Origin: Octopus bimaculoides | Taxonomy: Eukaryota | Length of the DNA: 44,698 nt | Direction: 5' to 3' | NCBI RefSeq assembly: GCF_001194135.2 | Contig: NC_068998.1 | Span: 32,074,625-32,119,322, forward strand | In this document: positions 1-11,223 of the stretch, in pieces | Numbering within the stretch: the stretch's first letter is position 1 | Layout: each line of letters begins with the position of its first letter | The notes under the pieces: generated by a model | The model's input: the letters and a program-made list of their open reading frames with translations, nothing else | What the model was told of the DNA's origin: nothing | Database searches by the model: none | Translations under genes and position numbers: made by a program

Positions 1-59
1 ATATTAAGATAAAGTTCTTGTCTGTTCTTTTATAAACTCTATCCATTGTGACTGTAGAG

Positions 60-790
60 TTATGCATTTTTACATGAATGTTTAGGAATGTCTGGTTTCT
101 AACATGAATTTTGATAGTGTTGAGAATGTTATTAAATATTAATTACAGAGTTATATAAGTAGTCTACTTCCTTATCTATGGAGTCTGAGTATTGGTCAAT
201 TAATGTTTAGATCTTACTCATTATTGCTTTCTCTGGATTTCTTGATTCTTCCTTATAGTAGTTTTGGGCTGTTAGATGCTTCAATATTTTGTCTTCATAA
301 TAGTCTCTATCCGTAGTCACTATCATCCCACTCTTATCAGCTTTTAGGATGATGGAATGGTCATTCTTCAGTGCCAGTAATGCTTCCTTTTCTTCCTTAC
401 AAAGGTTCTGTTTGCATTTACAGGTACTGAGAATTTAGAAATTGTGTTTATATATGTATCTAAATATTTGACATTCTCCCTGTAAGGGGTGATGTAGGAT
501 TAATTTCCGACAATTGACCCATCATTTATATTCTTATCATCAAAGAATTCTATAAGGTGGAGGTGGCAACTAAAATGTTCAATGTCTGCTTTTAGTTCTA
601 TGAGATTAGGGTTGGGTGTAGGGGTAAATTTGAAACCTTTCAATAGAAGACTCATTTCATTTTTTTTATTTGATAAATTAATAATTTTAGAGTCTTTGTG
701 TCCTGTGGGTTTATTTAAATTTTTTGTTTCATCAGGTTTGAAGCCTAGTTGTAATATTTTCTTCTTAAAAATGGAGCTGTAGTATTGCAT
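60..790 (-). mobile_element. Penelope-like element (PLE) ORF fragment, region N-terminal to and entering the RT, decayed
   Basis: Minus-strand translation gives IINLSNKK..EMSLLLKGFKFTPTPNPNLIELKADIEHF (ORF 500..838). After frameshifts it gives EEKEALLALKNDHSIILKADKSGMIVTTDRDYYEDKILKHL and a KIH motif, matching the PLE pattern INLS..L.KGL.F.PTP / AL..LK....I.IK.ADKG. Boundaries are approximate. Confidence 0.8.
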
Positions 791-1334
791 CTCCATTTTA
801 TGTTTCTGGGTTTTGTCTTTCTTCCTGTTTTGCTTCATTTCTCCCTTTCTTTAAAAAACACAAAATTAACATCTTGAAATATCATTAGCATCAGCCACCT
901 GTAAAAAATGTTACAAATCACAGACCATCCCCAAACACATTCATTTTTTTTTCTGCTTTCTCTTTTCTTTTCTGTCCTTTCTGTCTTCCTCTCTTTCTTT
1001 CTCTCTTTCCTTCAATCATCTTTTCTTTCTCCTTTTTTAAACAAAAACAAAAATCCTTTTTTAGATTTATATAAAAGGCAAAGAAATTTTCTGTAAAGCC
1101 TATATTTAAGGAGTCTCCATGAATGAGATGAAAGCACTAATAAAGAATTATCCAAAATTCTGACTACTTCCTTTTTCTTAATATATAAAATCTGTACATC
1201 ACTTCAAACAATCTACACACACACTAGAACAAAAGTATAAACAGGCAGACAACAGGTATAAAGTCATTTATGACTTATTTATAATTATATTACATATTGA
1301 AAAGGAATGCATACATACATGAACAAGATGTATA

Positions 1335-2593
1335 CTGGGTGCGTAAGATATTTAAGGACAGATTTATGTTTATAAAAAAACAGGTATATAATAGCAGATA
1401 ATAACTTTATTTATCAAAAAATGCTATGAGAATAAAAATAAACCCTCTTTTCTATAATGTTACTCAATAAAGCTACCTTCAGCTTCAACAACTGCCTCTA
1501 TATGAGATCTAAATCATTAACATGCTTGAATCAAGTGGTCTTGGTTCATTTTAACATTACTCTGAATATGGCAGCTTTCAAAGAATATTTGGTGTTATGT
1601 GCTTGTTCATTGACCTCTCTCTCAACAATGTTCCACATGTCATAGTCCAATGGATTGAGATCTGGAATTAGAAGGCCAAATGTTAGGGGTTATGTGATCA
1701 TGAAAATTTTCAGCCATCCATTCCTGCACTACTAGAGCCATGTGTGATAGTGCAGAGTCTTACTGAAACACATTTGGCCTTCCATTGCATACACTGTCTA
1801 TCCAGGGCTTAACAATTATTTTCAGGATCTCAATGTAGGCAACACTCAACTCTAAGGCCTTGTGGAAAGAAGTAAGGAGGCATCACATGTCCTTCATTGC
1901 TGACAACCCCTAAAACCATGACAGTTGCAGGAAATTTTGTATGCATAACACTTGGAACTCTAGAAGGGTCTGCACATAACCATCTGTCATTTCTTCGGTT
2001 AACTTTTTGATCTTGGTCGAAGTTTTTTCCGTTTGAGGAAAACTAAATCAAATCTTCTTCTGTTGGATTTTTCAGGTTGTTTAAGAGCCTTTTAGATCTG
2101 ATGTAGTGATTTTCTTTTGCTTTTTCTGACAAATTGATCATTCCTCGTTATATAAAACTTATATCTGATGTCTTCATGAACAACATTTCTGACTGTTCCT
2201 TCTGACACATGGAGATCTTTTGCAATTAACCTCATGGATTTTCTGGAATTGTAATCAATAGTCTGTTGAACTTGTTGGATAAATTCAGGTGTTCTGATGA
2301 TTTCAGAGCATTTAGAATGTTTTTATGCTTTGATACTGGTGATATGTTTCCATCTTCAGTCTCTAGCTCCTTACAAACTGTGTAGACGAAGGATCTGGCA
2401 ACTTTTAAAAATCGAGATATTTCTAAATTGCTATGCTCAGCCTTTATAACCATAATAACAACATGCCTCTTCATTTCTTGAGTAAGCAGAGAGTCTGCTA
2501 TTATTAATTTCTGAAACAAAGATTATACAGAGTTAGCAAAACATGCAGCAATGACCCAAAAAAGGCATGTCCTCAAATACCTTACACACCCTG
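1335..2593 (-). mobile_element. Tc1/mariner superfamily, maT/DD37D-type transposon, near full length, non-functional
   Basis: 26-bp TIRs at 1335-1360 (CTGGGTGCGTAAGATATTTAAGGACA) and 2568-2593 match at 22/26, with TA on both flanks (1333-34, 2594-95). Transposase remnants: MKRHVVIMVIKAEHSNLEISRFLKVARS, KNFDQDQKVNRRNDRW, MHTKFPATVMVLGVVSNEGHVMPP, FQ*DSA..WPSNS(P)DLNPLDY. After correcting one frameshift there are 37 residues between D2 and D3. Stops and frameshifts are present. Confidence 0.92.
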
Positions 2594-2639
2594 TATACAT
2601 CTCTCCAATCACAAATCCTCTTTCAGGATTCTGGAAAGG

Positions 2640-2930
2640 AGATATGCTACATCCTTAGCCAGCCATGTATGGTGGCTGAAAGATGATGAAACCCCACACA
2701 TAATATCATGGAAGATCCTTGAAATTCCAGGCCCCTATGTAAATGGGACCAAGCATTGCAAACTGTGCATAGCCAAATGGACGAGGATATTAAAGGACCC
2801 TCTCAACACTGGGAACATCCTTAACTCCAGAACGGAGGTCTTCGGACCCACTCTGCGTGCACTTCAGGAAATTCTTGCTGGTGTCCTGGGATCCACAAGC
2901 CAACACAATCAATTAATTAGCGGTCAAAGG
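2640..2930 (+). mobile_element. PLE GIY-YIG endonuclease C-terminal fragment
   Basis: With two frameshifts: ATSLASHVWWLK / DETPHIISWKILEIPGPYVNGTKHCKLCIAKWTRIL..ILNSRTEVF / CVHFRKFLLVSW. This matches the PLE C-terminal pattern LS.H.W.LK..W.IL..C.LC..LN.R.E..C.H..K.LL. Confidence 0.8.
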
Positions 2931-3030
2931 GAGACAATACCTTGTTGTTGACATAGAGCAATGAAGCCTTTTCCTCCTCCATTTTCTAGAGAAGCCACTT
3001 GCTAGAGTGGCCACAGACAAATGGGTTTTA

Positions 3031-3089
3031 GGATCTGAAGAAACGCTGTAAAGCTAAGTGTTTTATGAATGTGAAACCCTGGGTAATCC
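3031..3089 (+). ncRNA. Minimal type I hammerhead ribozyme-like motif (PLE-associated), stem II degenerate
   Basis: GGAT(3031-34) CTGAAGA(3035-41) [31 nt] GAAA(3073-76) CCC T GGG T A(3085) ATCC(3086-89). The core, stem III and a 4-bp stem I are all present. Confidence 0.55.
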
Positions 3090-3102
3090 CTTAGACCAGC
3101 CA

Positions 3103-3216
3103 TATCTATCTATCTAGCTAGCTATCCATCCATCCATCCATCCATCCACCCATACATACATACATACAAGCATACATACATACATGCATACATACATACA
3201 CACATACATACACACA

Positions 3217-3246
<30 letters not shown>
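3103..3246. repeat. Compound tetranucleotide microsatellite (TATC/TAGC/CATC/CATA)
   Basis: Directly visible; it explains ORF 3114..3308 (YVCM repeats). Confidence 0.95.
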
Positions 3247-3247
<1 letters not shown>

Positions 3248-5340
3248 TGAAGGCACACTGATGAATTTTATATAATGTTGTTTTACAACAAAATTTCTCT
3301 ATTCTCATGCATAAGTTGCTGAATACATCTTGGATATTTGTATATTAACTGATGGAATACCTTGGTATATATTATGTGCAGATTATACTTTCCAATGTTC
3401 TTCTGAATTCTTTTAAGTCTTATGGTCTTATCAGTGTTAATTCTAACTGTTTCTCCTTAATATTCCCTTTTTCTATTATTGAATACAACTAGATTATCAA
3501 GCTTAAAAATACATTTCATTAATTTCCAAGGATAAACCCCTTACGACTTGTGCCGAATAGCCATATTTTATTTACCCATAAAAATCTTGTTGTTACTGAT
3601 GATGGTTATTCACATGATTGAGTATATATACAACTGATTCATCCATGATCATTCAATCATCTTTTTCCAGTTATTTTGCATCCAAAACATCTCAATTTGA
3701 CCTCTTTTTAAGACTGTAGGGAGACTTTAATTCTAGCTGACCAAACGACTGTATAGAAACTTCTATACTGTCTTCCCTTTAATGTTTATTTCTTAATTAT
3801 GTGAAAGGTCAAATACTGTTGCTTGAATTAATCCTAGAATTTTACTACTACATGATTTATTGGTTGAGCAAGTATGACAGGAAGTAGTAATCCAATATGA
3901 AACTATGTAAAGCATTTAGTTCAATACTCTACTGTCTCTGCTTACTCATAATCTTTCTTATAACAATAGTATTGATTTCTATCATTGACACAATGTAAGA
4001 AATACATTGGAGACTTTTATAGTTGATTAAATTGACAAGAGTATGGAGCTAGTAATTGCTTCAGCTCACTTGGAGCAATGAATGGCAAAGGATATTCAGG
4101 TAGGATTTGAGTTCAGAAAGCAGAAAGTTGGCACTTAATACTGGAAGATATTTAAGCTGAAACTTTACTGTTTCATCTCTTCTACTTCCCTTCATTTAAC
4201 TGTAATATTGACATATTGTTTGTATCTATAATAAAACATTTGCTCCAAATTTAAAAATACAGCTATTTTATATCTTTAGTAAATTGAAATTTTCTACTGA
4301 AAATTACTTTGAGATAAAGATTTTATAAAATAGAAATAAAATTTGAAAACTGGAAATTAGAGAAATATGAAGTAAAAGCACCCTAATTTTAATTAAAGTA
4401 AAGAAAATGAAATCAGTTTTATTAATCAGGAATATTTTTCTTTGAATATCTGAAGGAAAAAAGATGCAGCTAATGTATGTTGTTCAGAATGAGGCATAAA
4501 ATGCAGAAATTTTACTTGAAGACTAACTAAGCAAGGTCACAATTTTGTTTTCCATTAGTTAATGAAACTGCATAAATTTCATAAAAAAACAATCCAAGCT
4601 AAGTTTGTTCAGCAATATTTAATATGAGAATTGCAGAAATTGATTACCAATTTTTTATACTGAATGGTCTGAATATTATCAATATTTCAATTACAGTTTA
4701 CAATATTTTATATTTTTTTGTATATTCTGGTAGCATTTCATTCTTATCTTGGCAAAATATGAAGAAATTACATCCTAATTATCTTAGAAATTTTTTTTTC
4801 ATCTATAAGTTTAGATATTTTACACATGTACTATGATATTATCAGCTGGGTGTATCAACTATTTGTTTAGGTGAGATACCGATTCTAGGAAAAAGGTCAA
4901 ATTTAATTGCTGTCATTTCCATTCCTCTTTGTACCTTCTAAGATTAAGAAGTCATTTCTGGAAAGAGGACTATTTATATCACCTTAAATCATATTCTATT
5001 ATAACAATTTGAATATAAATATTAAAAAAAAAACTTGACCATACAACTTTCCTGGATGCAGGAATACATTCTAATTCCTATGTGCAATATTGTAGAACAT
5101 TTACACCCATGAACAACATTAGAGTAACTAAAGTCCCACATTCTAAAAGTACTTAAATCTGGGAAACCAATGTGACTAGGATACTTTTAGTAGTAATACC
5201 TTCAATTACCTGTATGTTATTGGTGCTGCTTTGTCTCCAACAAGCAAGTCTATGGTATTTATAAATTATAATTAATGGAGCAGATATGTCAAAGGTGCTC
5301 CAGCTATAATTAGACCATATTGTTTCGAGATACTGAGTTT

Positions 5341-5622
5341 TTTGAGTAAAGATTTTTGCCAACATAACATGGCAGTCCTGGTTTAGGACGGATGTTGCTG
5401 TAATTTAGCCCCAGGAAACATCGTCTCCAGCTGGCTATACAACATGATCTGTGTCCTTATATTTTCGAACAAGGGTATCTAGCACCCCCACTCAACTCAA
5501 AACAATATCTGTGTATTGAAAATATAAGGACATGGATCGTGTCATATAGCCAGCTGGAGGTGATGTCTCCTGGGGCTAAATAGGACTGCCATGTTATGTT
5601 GGCAAACAATCTTTACTCTAAA
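5341..5622. mobile_element. Fold-back / MITE-like palindromic element
   Basis: Outer arms about 5341-5379 and 5582-5622; inner arms about 5403-5466 and 5518-5581 in inverted orientation, with 8 mismatches over about 64 bp. The spacer is about 50 nt, and the left arm has about 23 extra nt. No TSD could be resolved. Confidence 0.75.
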
Positions 5623-5951
5623 GTACTGTTGCTGAATATCTTTCATTGTGAGATTTAAAAATAGTAATTTACTGTGTTTTTCCTTCTACTGTTTAGTTAC
5701 TGGGGAAGGCCTTTATGACTTCTTATTTTTTCAAAACCTCTGAGCTTGCTGGGAAGAATTGAATAAGTTATTATCATACTTGATACCTTGTTTGAATACT
5801 TGTAACAGAAAAATATTGCTAAAGGCATTCAAGGACTAGGTGATGGTATTAATCTGAATGACAAGTTGAGTGTACTAACCAAGAATTCAAAGAGACAAAC
5901 TAATTAATGCAAGGCATCCTACCTAATTCTCTATCAATTTTTCCACTCCTG

Positions 5952-6005
5952 AACTGATGCTTTATTTTGTTAACTCTAAACTGATGCTTTATTTTGTTAG
6001 CTCCA
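5952..6005. repeat. 27-bp tandem duplication
   Basis: AACTGATGCTTTATTTTGTTAACTCTA followed by AACTGATGCTTTATTTTGTTAGCTCCA. Confidence 0.9.
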
Positions 6006-6744
6006 AAAAGATAAAAAAAGTTAAGTCGAACTTGGGGGAATTTGAATACAGCATGCAAAAATAACAGAACAAGTGCCTCAAATTATTTTGTCTTATGTGT
6101 TAATGATTCTACCATAGTGTTGAACTATATAATTCAGTGTGTCTTTTCTTATGACAGTAAGGTGTAGTTTGGAGGAAGATTTGGAATTAGATGTTGACTT
6201 CAGATTCTTTATTGGTACACTTCTAAGTAATTTTATAATTAACTGTAGATTGACAAGTTTTGTTTTTCAAAGCGTTTTACATTTAATTTTTGCAACTAGC
6301 TGTTGTAGGTTGGGTTTCAAAACTTTTTACAGTTGTTTATTATTGAATCAAACTATTTCTTATGTCTTTCATACTGAACTGTTGGGTAGCAATGAACCTG
6401 TTGTTAGCTATGAACGGTTAGGTATGTGACATTATGTACCTTACCCAAGCACAGAATGCTATAGCTTTAACAGTAAGCTGTAATTGCAAGGGTATATGAT
6501 TAGCTTGATCAGCATTTTAATCTCAAGATAGTTGTAGTGCTATTTAGAAAGAAAGACTGATAACGAACCTACAGTGAAAAAAGAGATACATTCACAAAGT
6601 ACTTTCACTGAAATCAAACAAAACAAATGGAAATCAGACATAAATAGATGAAATTCACACTGATGCAGTCATTTGAAATTCAAGCAGATGGCAATCAAAC
6701 AGATGTAGAGACATAGAAATTAAATAGATCAAGTGAATGCATCA

Positions 6745-7065
6745 CCGTCATTGTCAACATTACTATCATCATTGACATTATTGTTTATGTCTGCTTTCCA
6801 TGCCAATATGAATTGGATGGGTCATTGTTGCTCCCCTGAATAGGTTGAGGAACCACTTCTTATTCATTAGTTTCATTTTTGATTTGGTTTCTGTGGCTGG
6901 TTCACCTGCCTAACATCAATCACTTAACAGAATTTACTGGTTTCATTTTTCCATAGCATCAGCACTGAAGAGGTTGTTATATGTTTGACAAGACAAAAGG
7001 GTCCTCACAATCCTATATTTAACAGTGGGCACTGGGAGTATTTTATTGTGGCACCAGGAGTAGAG
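6745..7065 (-). mobile_element. Old RTE-LINE 3' UTR remnant
   Basis: Degenerate (ATC)n tail followed by GTTTATGTCTGCTTTCCATGCC..GATTTGGTTTCTGTGGCTGG.., homologous to the reverse complement of 13160-13400 and to 11224-11450. Confidence 0.55.
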
Positions 7066-8127
7066 AAGATAGGGATGTGAGAGCAATGGTAAGAGTGAAT
7101 GTGAATGTTGATACTAAATGGCCAGAGGAGAAGTACAGGTAGAGTGTATGAGGTACATGCAGGTCTGATGAGGTTCCCTAAAATGGTGAGAAAGTTGGGA
7201 TGATAAAGTTGAGAGGGATGAGTGGAGTGTTGGAGAGAGGGCTAGCTAGATCCCCTAGCATGCTTATTTTCACTGGAAGAGTAATCCATGTGGTATAAAT
7301 CCATAATCGTATGTAAACTGGTAAAATCTTTAGAGTCACTCAACTTAACATGGCTATCACACTAAACATGTAGATTATTAATTTGTAGTAGAAAACCATG
7401 TGCTGGAAGTTTATTTTCTTGTTAAGGTAAGAACAAAAGAAAAGTACTCATCCAGTGAGGGATAAATATTGTTTAATATACAGTGTATATAGTTATAAGC
7501 TACTAATAGTTTCATACACTGGAGATGTTTTCTAGGCAAGTGTTAATAACACACTTGGTGTCTCCAAGCAATCCTGAGGCTCAGAGCACATGGCCTATAC
7601 AATTTACAAACCCTTCCAGTTTTTGCATCCATATTAAATATTACTCTTTAGTATTAATACTGTTTCTGAGACAATTTAGAAGGGACTTCTTATTTATATA
7701 CCCTGAACCTGAATCCTGAAGGAAACTACGATAGAGGGGAGTAGAGAGAGAGAGAGACTGATTTAGAGAGAGTGAGATAGACAGAGGCATGGCGAGAGAA
7801 AGGCATATATATATAGAGAGAGAGGGGGGCAGTCAAGCAGCACATCATGCTGGGTTCATTCTTGGGCTTTTGAAACAGAATTGAAGAAGGCTGTTTAAAC
7901 ATATATTGCAGAGACAGCAACGCTTAAATCGTAATTTTAAAAGGAGCGATAAAATTTTTGAATAAAGTAAAAGAAAATGGATAAGTATGAATTTAGACAA
8001 AAACGGAGTTCAATTGATTTACATGGAGAGAAACAGATAGATAATAAAGAACTTACGGGGGGGGGGCAAAAAAGGTTTGAGGAAATGTTGAGGGAGCACG
8101 CACATAAATATATATACGTTTATGAAT

Positions 8128-8390
8128 TTGTTCTTACTGTTCTTATTCTAACTCATACCCATTGTCCAGAAATCTTTTGTCACACATCTGTGACTTCCTC
8201 AGTGACACTTTCCATCTTCATGTATACTCTTGCTATGTTTATCCCACTCTGTTCTTCTATGTGCATGCATCTGTGTTTGTGTGTGTGTGTCATTTTTTTT
8301 AGTAGCATTATGACCTACCCTCAGCCCTGTTGGGGCTACTAAGCGCTACTTAGTGCTGCTAGGAATAATGACAAACACACACACACATGT

Positions 8391-8422
<32 letters not shown>

Positions 8423-8593
8423 ACAAACACAGACGCATACACATATAACGATATACACTATAGACGACCAGAATAGAATAAGCAGAGCAAGAGCACACAT
8501 GAAGTCAGAAAGTGTTGCTAAGGAGGTCAGAGATGTGTGACAAAAGATTTCTGGACAATGGACATGAGTCAGAATAAGAACAGCAATAGACAA
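8128..8593. repeat. Long inverted repeat of a dispersed element (possible PLE terminal repeat); each arm has a degenerate hammerhead core
   Basis: Arms about 8128-8307 and 8354-8593 with a 46-nt spacer. Both ORF-track translations share VLILTH.HCPEIFCHTS.TS..TLS.FM..LA. The right arm has an expanded (CA)n. Confidence 0.85.
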
Positions 8594-10074
8594 GTGAGGA
8601 ATGAATATGTAGTGTGTGTGTGTTTATTTGACAAAAAAAAAATGACCATCCCAAAATACAATAATATATGCATATTATATAGAATGTTATGCTGCATGAT
8701 TATCAATCAGCTCACAATATGAAAAATTTGATTAAATCATATTTAGTGATGCTTCAGAATTATAATATTTGAGCTATAACCCCACTTAGTAACTGGGGTA
8801 AGCCAATGATGGTTTAATTGTTTTCAGCAATTAACTAGTGAGATCCATGCAAATGACACACCCTGGTTGAATACCTACAGACTGATGTCTGTTATAAAAA
8901 TGTGTTCAGTGAGTGAACTAAAGCTTGACCCACTGTTTGCAACAGAGTGAATCCCATTAAATGTTGCTAATGATAAACAAGATATGAGGCGTCAACACTT
9001 CCTTCAAAACTGGGAGAAAATATTGTTTCTTGGCATCCTTTGTGAGTCTTGTAACAATGAGGTATGCAACTATTGGAAGATGAAATATTTTTGCTGCTCT
9101 AATCCCCAGACTGAATTACTTTCAACTTAAAATGTGTGCTTTTCTAATTTGTTCCTGGTATGTAGTTCTGCAAGAAATACAGAAAGTAGAATGAAGTATA
9201 ATCCAAACTCGAAACAACTCATGTGGGTCTGCCAGCAACAAGTAAGCCAATGGAAATGTAATAAAGAAAATTATTATTTAATGCAATGCAAATGTAATTG
9301 CTGTGAGGAGCAAAAGAAAATTATGGATGTTTGGGTTCAGATAGAAAGGAGAGAGAATTGTGTGTGGTGTTATACAAGAATGATGATAATATTGCAGATT
9401 TATGTGAACTAACATTTATAACATATATCTGTTATATAAGAGTCAGGGTTGTAGTGCATAATAATTTGAAGTGAATATTTTTAAACATATAGCTGCTATT
9501 TTTTAAAACAAGAATTTTTAGCAATTACTGATTTTTGTTTGCATCCTAAGATTACCCAAAATATGCATCATCTTCCAGAGACATTAATCAAAGATTGCAT
9601 TTATGGTCTAGTACTTCTTCAAAAATAGAATCATTATAGATGATAATAGAAATGTTTGCTAAAAGCAAAGATGCGTTTTTTGTGATTGCCTTCAGGAAAA
9701 TTTTTTGTGTAATATTATTATTGTTGTTGTTGCATTGTTGATGACGTTTGTTAAAGTGAATTAAAGTTGAGTGTTGAAGCTGCAAATATTTATTTCCCAC
9801 ATTTGCAGCTAGACAGGCTGGAAATATTCAATTATAATAAATACTTTTGGATTGACCTTATTGTCTGTTTCAACACTTAAAATCATTATTGGATTCTTTT
9901 TTTGTTTATTTTTATTTTTCTGTCCAATGTCTTCTATGTTGTATTACCTACTAAACTGTGTATATTATTAAAATCAAAATATTGATTTATATTCTGTCAT
10001 ATAAAGCATCATGCATTCTTAAATTTAAATGTTGTAAACTAGTTGAAGTATTCTTGACAAAAGTGAATTTTGAG

Positions 10075-10350
10075 TGGATTTGATAGATGGAAACTGAAAG
10101 AAGAAGCCTGTCATATTTATATATGAATGTGTCTTAGTGTCTGTGTTTCACTCCCATCACCACTGCTTGACAACTAGTGCAGGTGTGTTTATATCCGTGT
10201 AACTTAGTGGTTTGGCAAAAGAGACTGGTAAATTAAGTACCAAGCTTTAAAAAAAATAAGTACTGGGGTTGATACCTTTGACTAAAATTTCAAGGTAGTG
10301 CCCCAGTATGGCCATAGCCTAATGACTAAAACAAGTAAAAAATAAAAGAT
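10075..10350 (+). mobile_element. tRNA-derived SINE, 5'-truncated (body and tail)
   Basis: GAGTGGATTTGATAGATGGAAACTGAAAGAAG..GCTTGACAAC..GGCAAAAGAGAC..GTACTGGGGTTGAT..ATGACTAAAACAAGTAAAA; same family as 32900-33222 and 24570-24720. Confidence 0.85.
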
Positions 10351-11223
10351 AAAAATGATAAAAATATTCTTTTAGGAATATAAACTTATTAAAATAAATG
10401 AATTTATCAGAAAATATTTTTTACTAATACATATCAGATAGTGAATATTGCATAAGCATCAAGAAGATTTAAAGGATGTGAATCTGCAAGCAGGTTTCGA
10501 TTTTTCATTAAAGCTATTTACTTTGGATGCTTTATGCATTTTGAAAAATGCTTTGAAGTCACAATTATCCCTTATACATTCATATTTTGACAAAACCAGA
10601 AAAAACTTCACATTGATAAAAATATAATTTACACATATCAAACTGTGAAATTTCTTTCCATTTGATAAATGACCCATAATTTTTAATTCACAGAAGATGA
10701 AGTGTCAAGATATTTGTGTCTTATCCTTGAAGCCTAGAATAAAATGACCTTACCCAAGAGATGAAGTTGTGTAACAATTCCAGATCATGAGAAATTTACC
10801 TTGTTCCCTAGTATATACCGCATGAAACAAAAAAGACTGCTCACTGAAAATTTGTCTTACATGTGTGTGTTTAAGTGTATGTATGAATATATGATAAACT
10901 CTTTTATTTTCTGTACTAAGAGTAACTTACCACCTGAATTTCTAAATATTCACAACATATCCATTTAATGTGTATTTTTATATCTTGGTAAGAAACCATG
11001 TCTTTTAAGTGTTTTACTCTACAACTCTAAAACAAATGGGTTTGCTAATCAAATGGTTCCCAGTTCATAATATAAAATACATTAAAATCTCAAATATCAC
11101 TATACACATGGCTGTAAATTAGTGTGATTAAACTGCTTTCTTCAAGAAGCATTTGCTATATATTATTGATGAGGTTTTTAGTTGGAATTTCTGAGTTGAA
11201 ATCCAACCATCTAAAGAGTAATT

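Noticed and set aside
7165-7200. CTGATGAG..GAAAG as another hammerhead or a C/D box
   Set aside because: No stem II closing pair, and no stem I or III complementarity.
8829-9130. About 100-codon plus frame with a single TGA (selenocysteine or readthrough idea)
   Set aside because: No selenoprotein motif, no recognisable SECIS and no homology; expected by chance.
9778-9810. 10-bp hairpin AGCTGCAAAT/ATTTGCAGCT (and a 9-bp hairpin near 39562-39585)
   Set aside because: Short stems of this size are expected in 45 kb of AT-rich DNA; no pre-miRNA-length duplex.
10445-10677. Overlapping open frames on both strands (QEDLKDVNLQAGFDFSLKLF.. and the 72-aa minus ORF)
   Set aside because: No usable acceptor or start in frame on the plus strand and no recognised family; consistent with chance.
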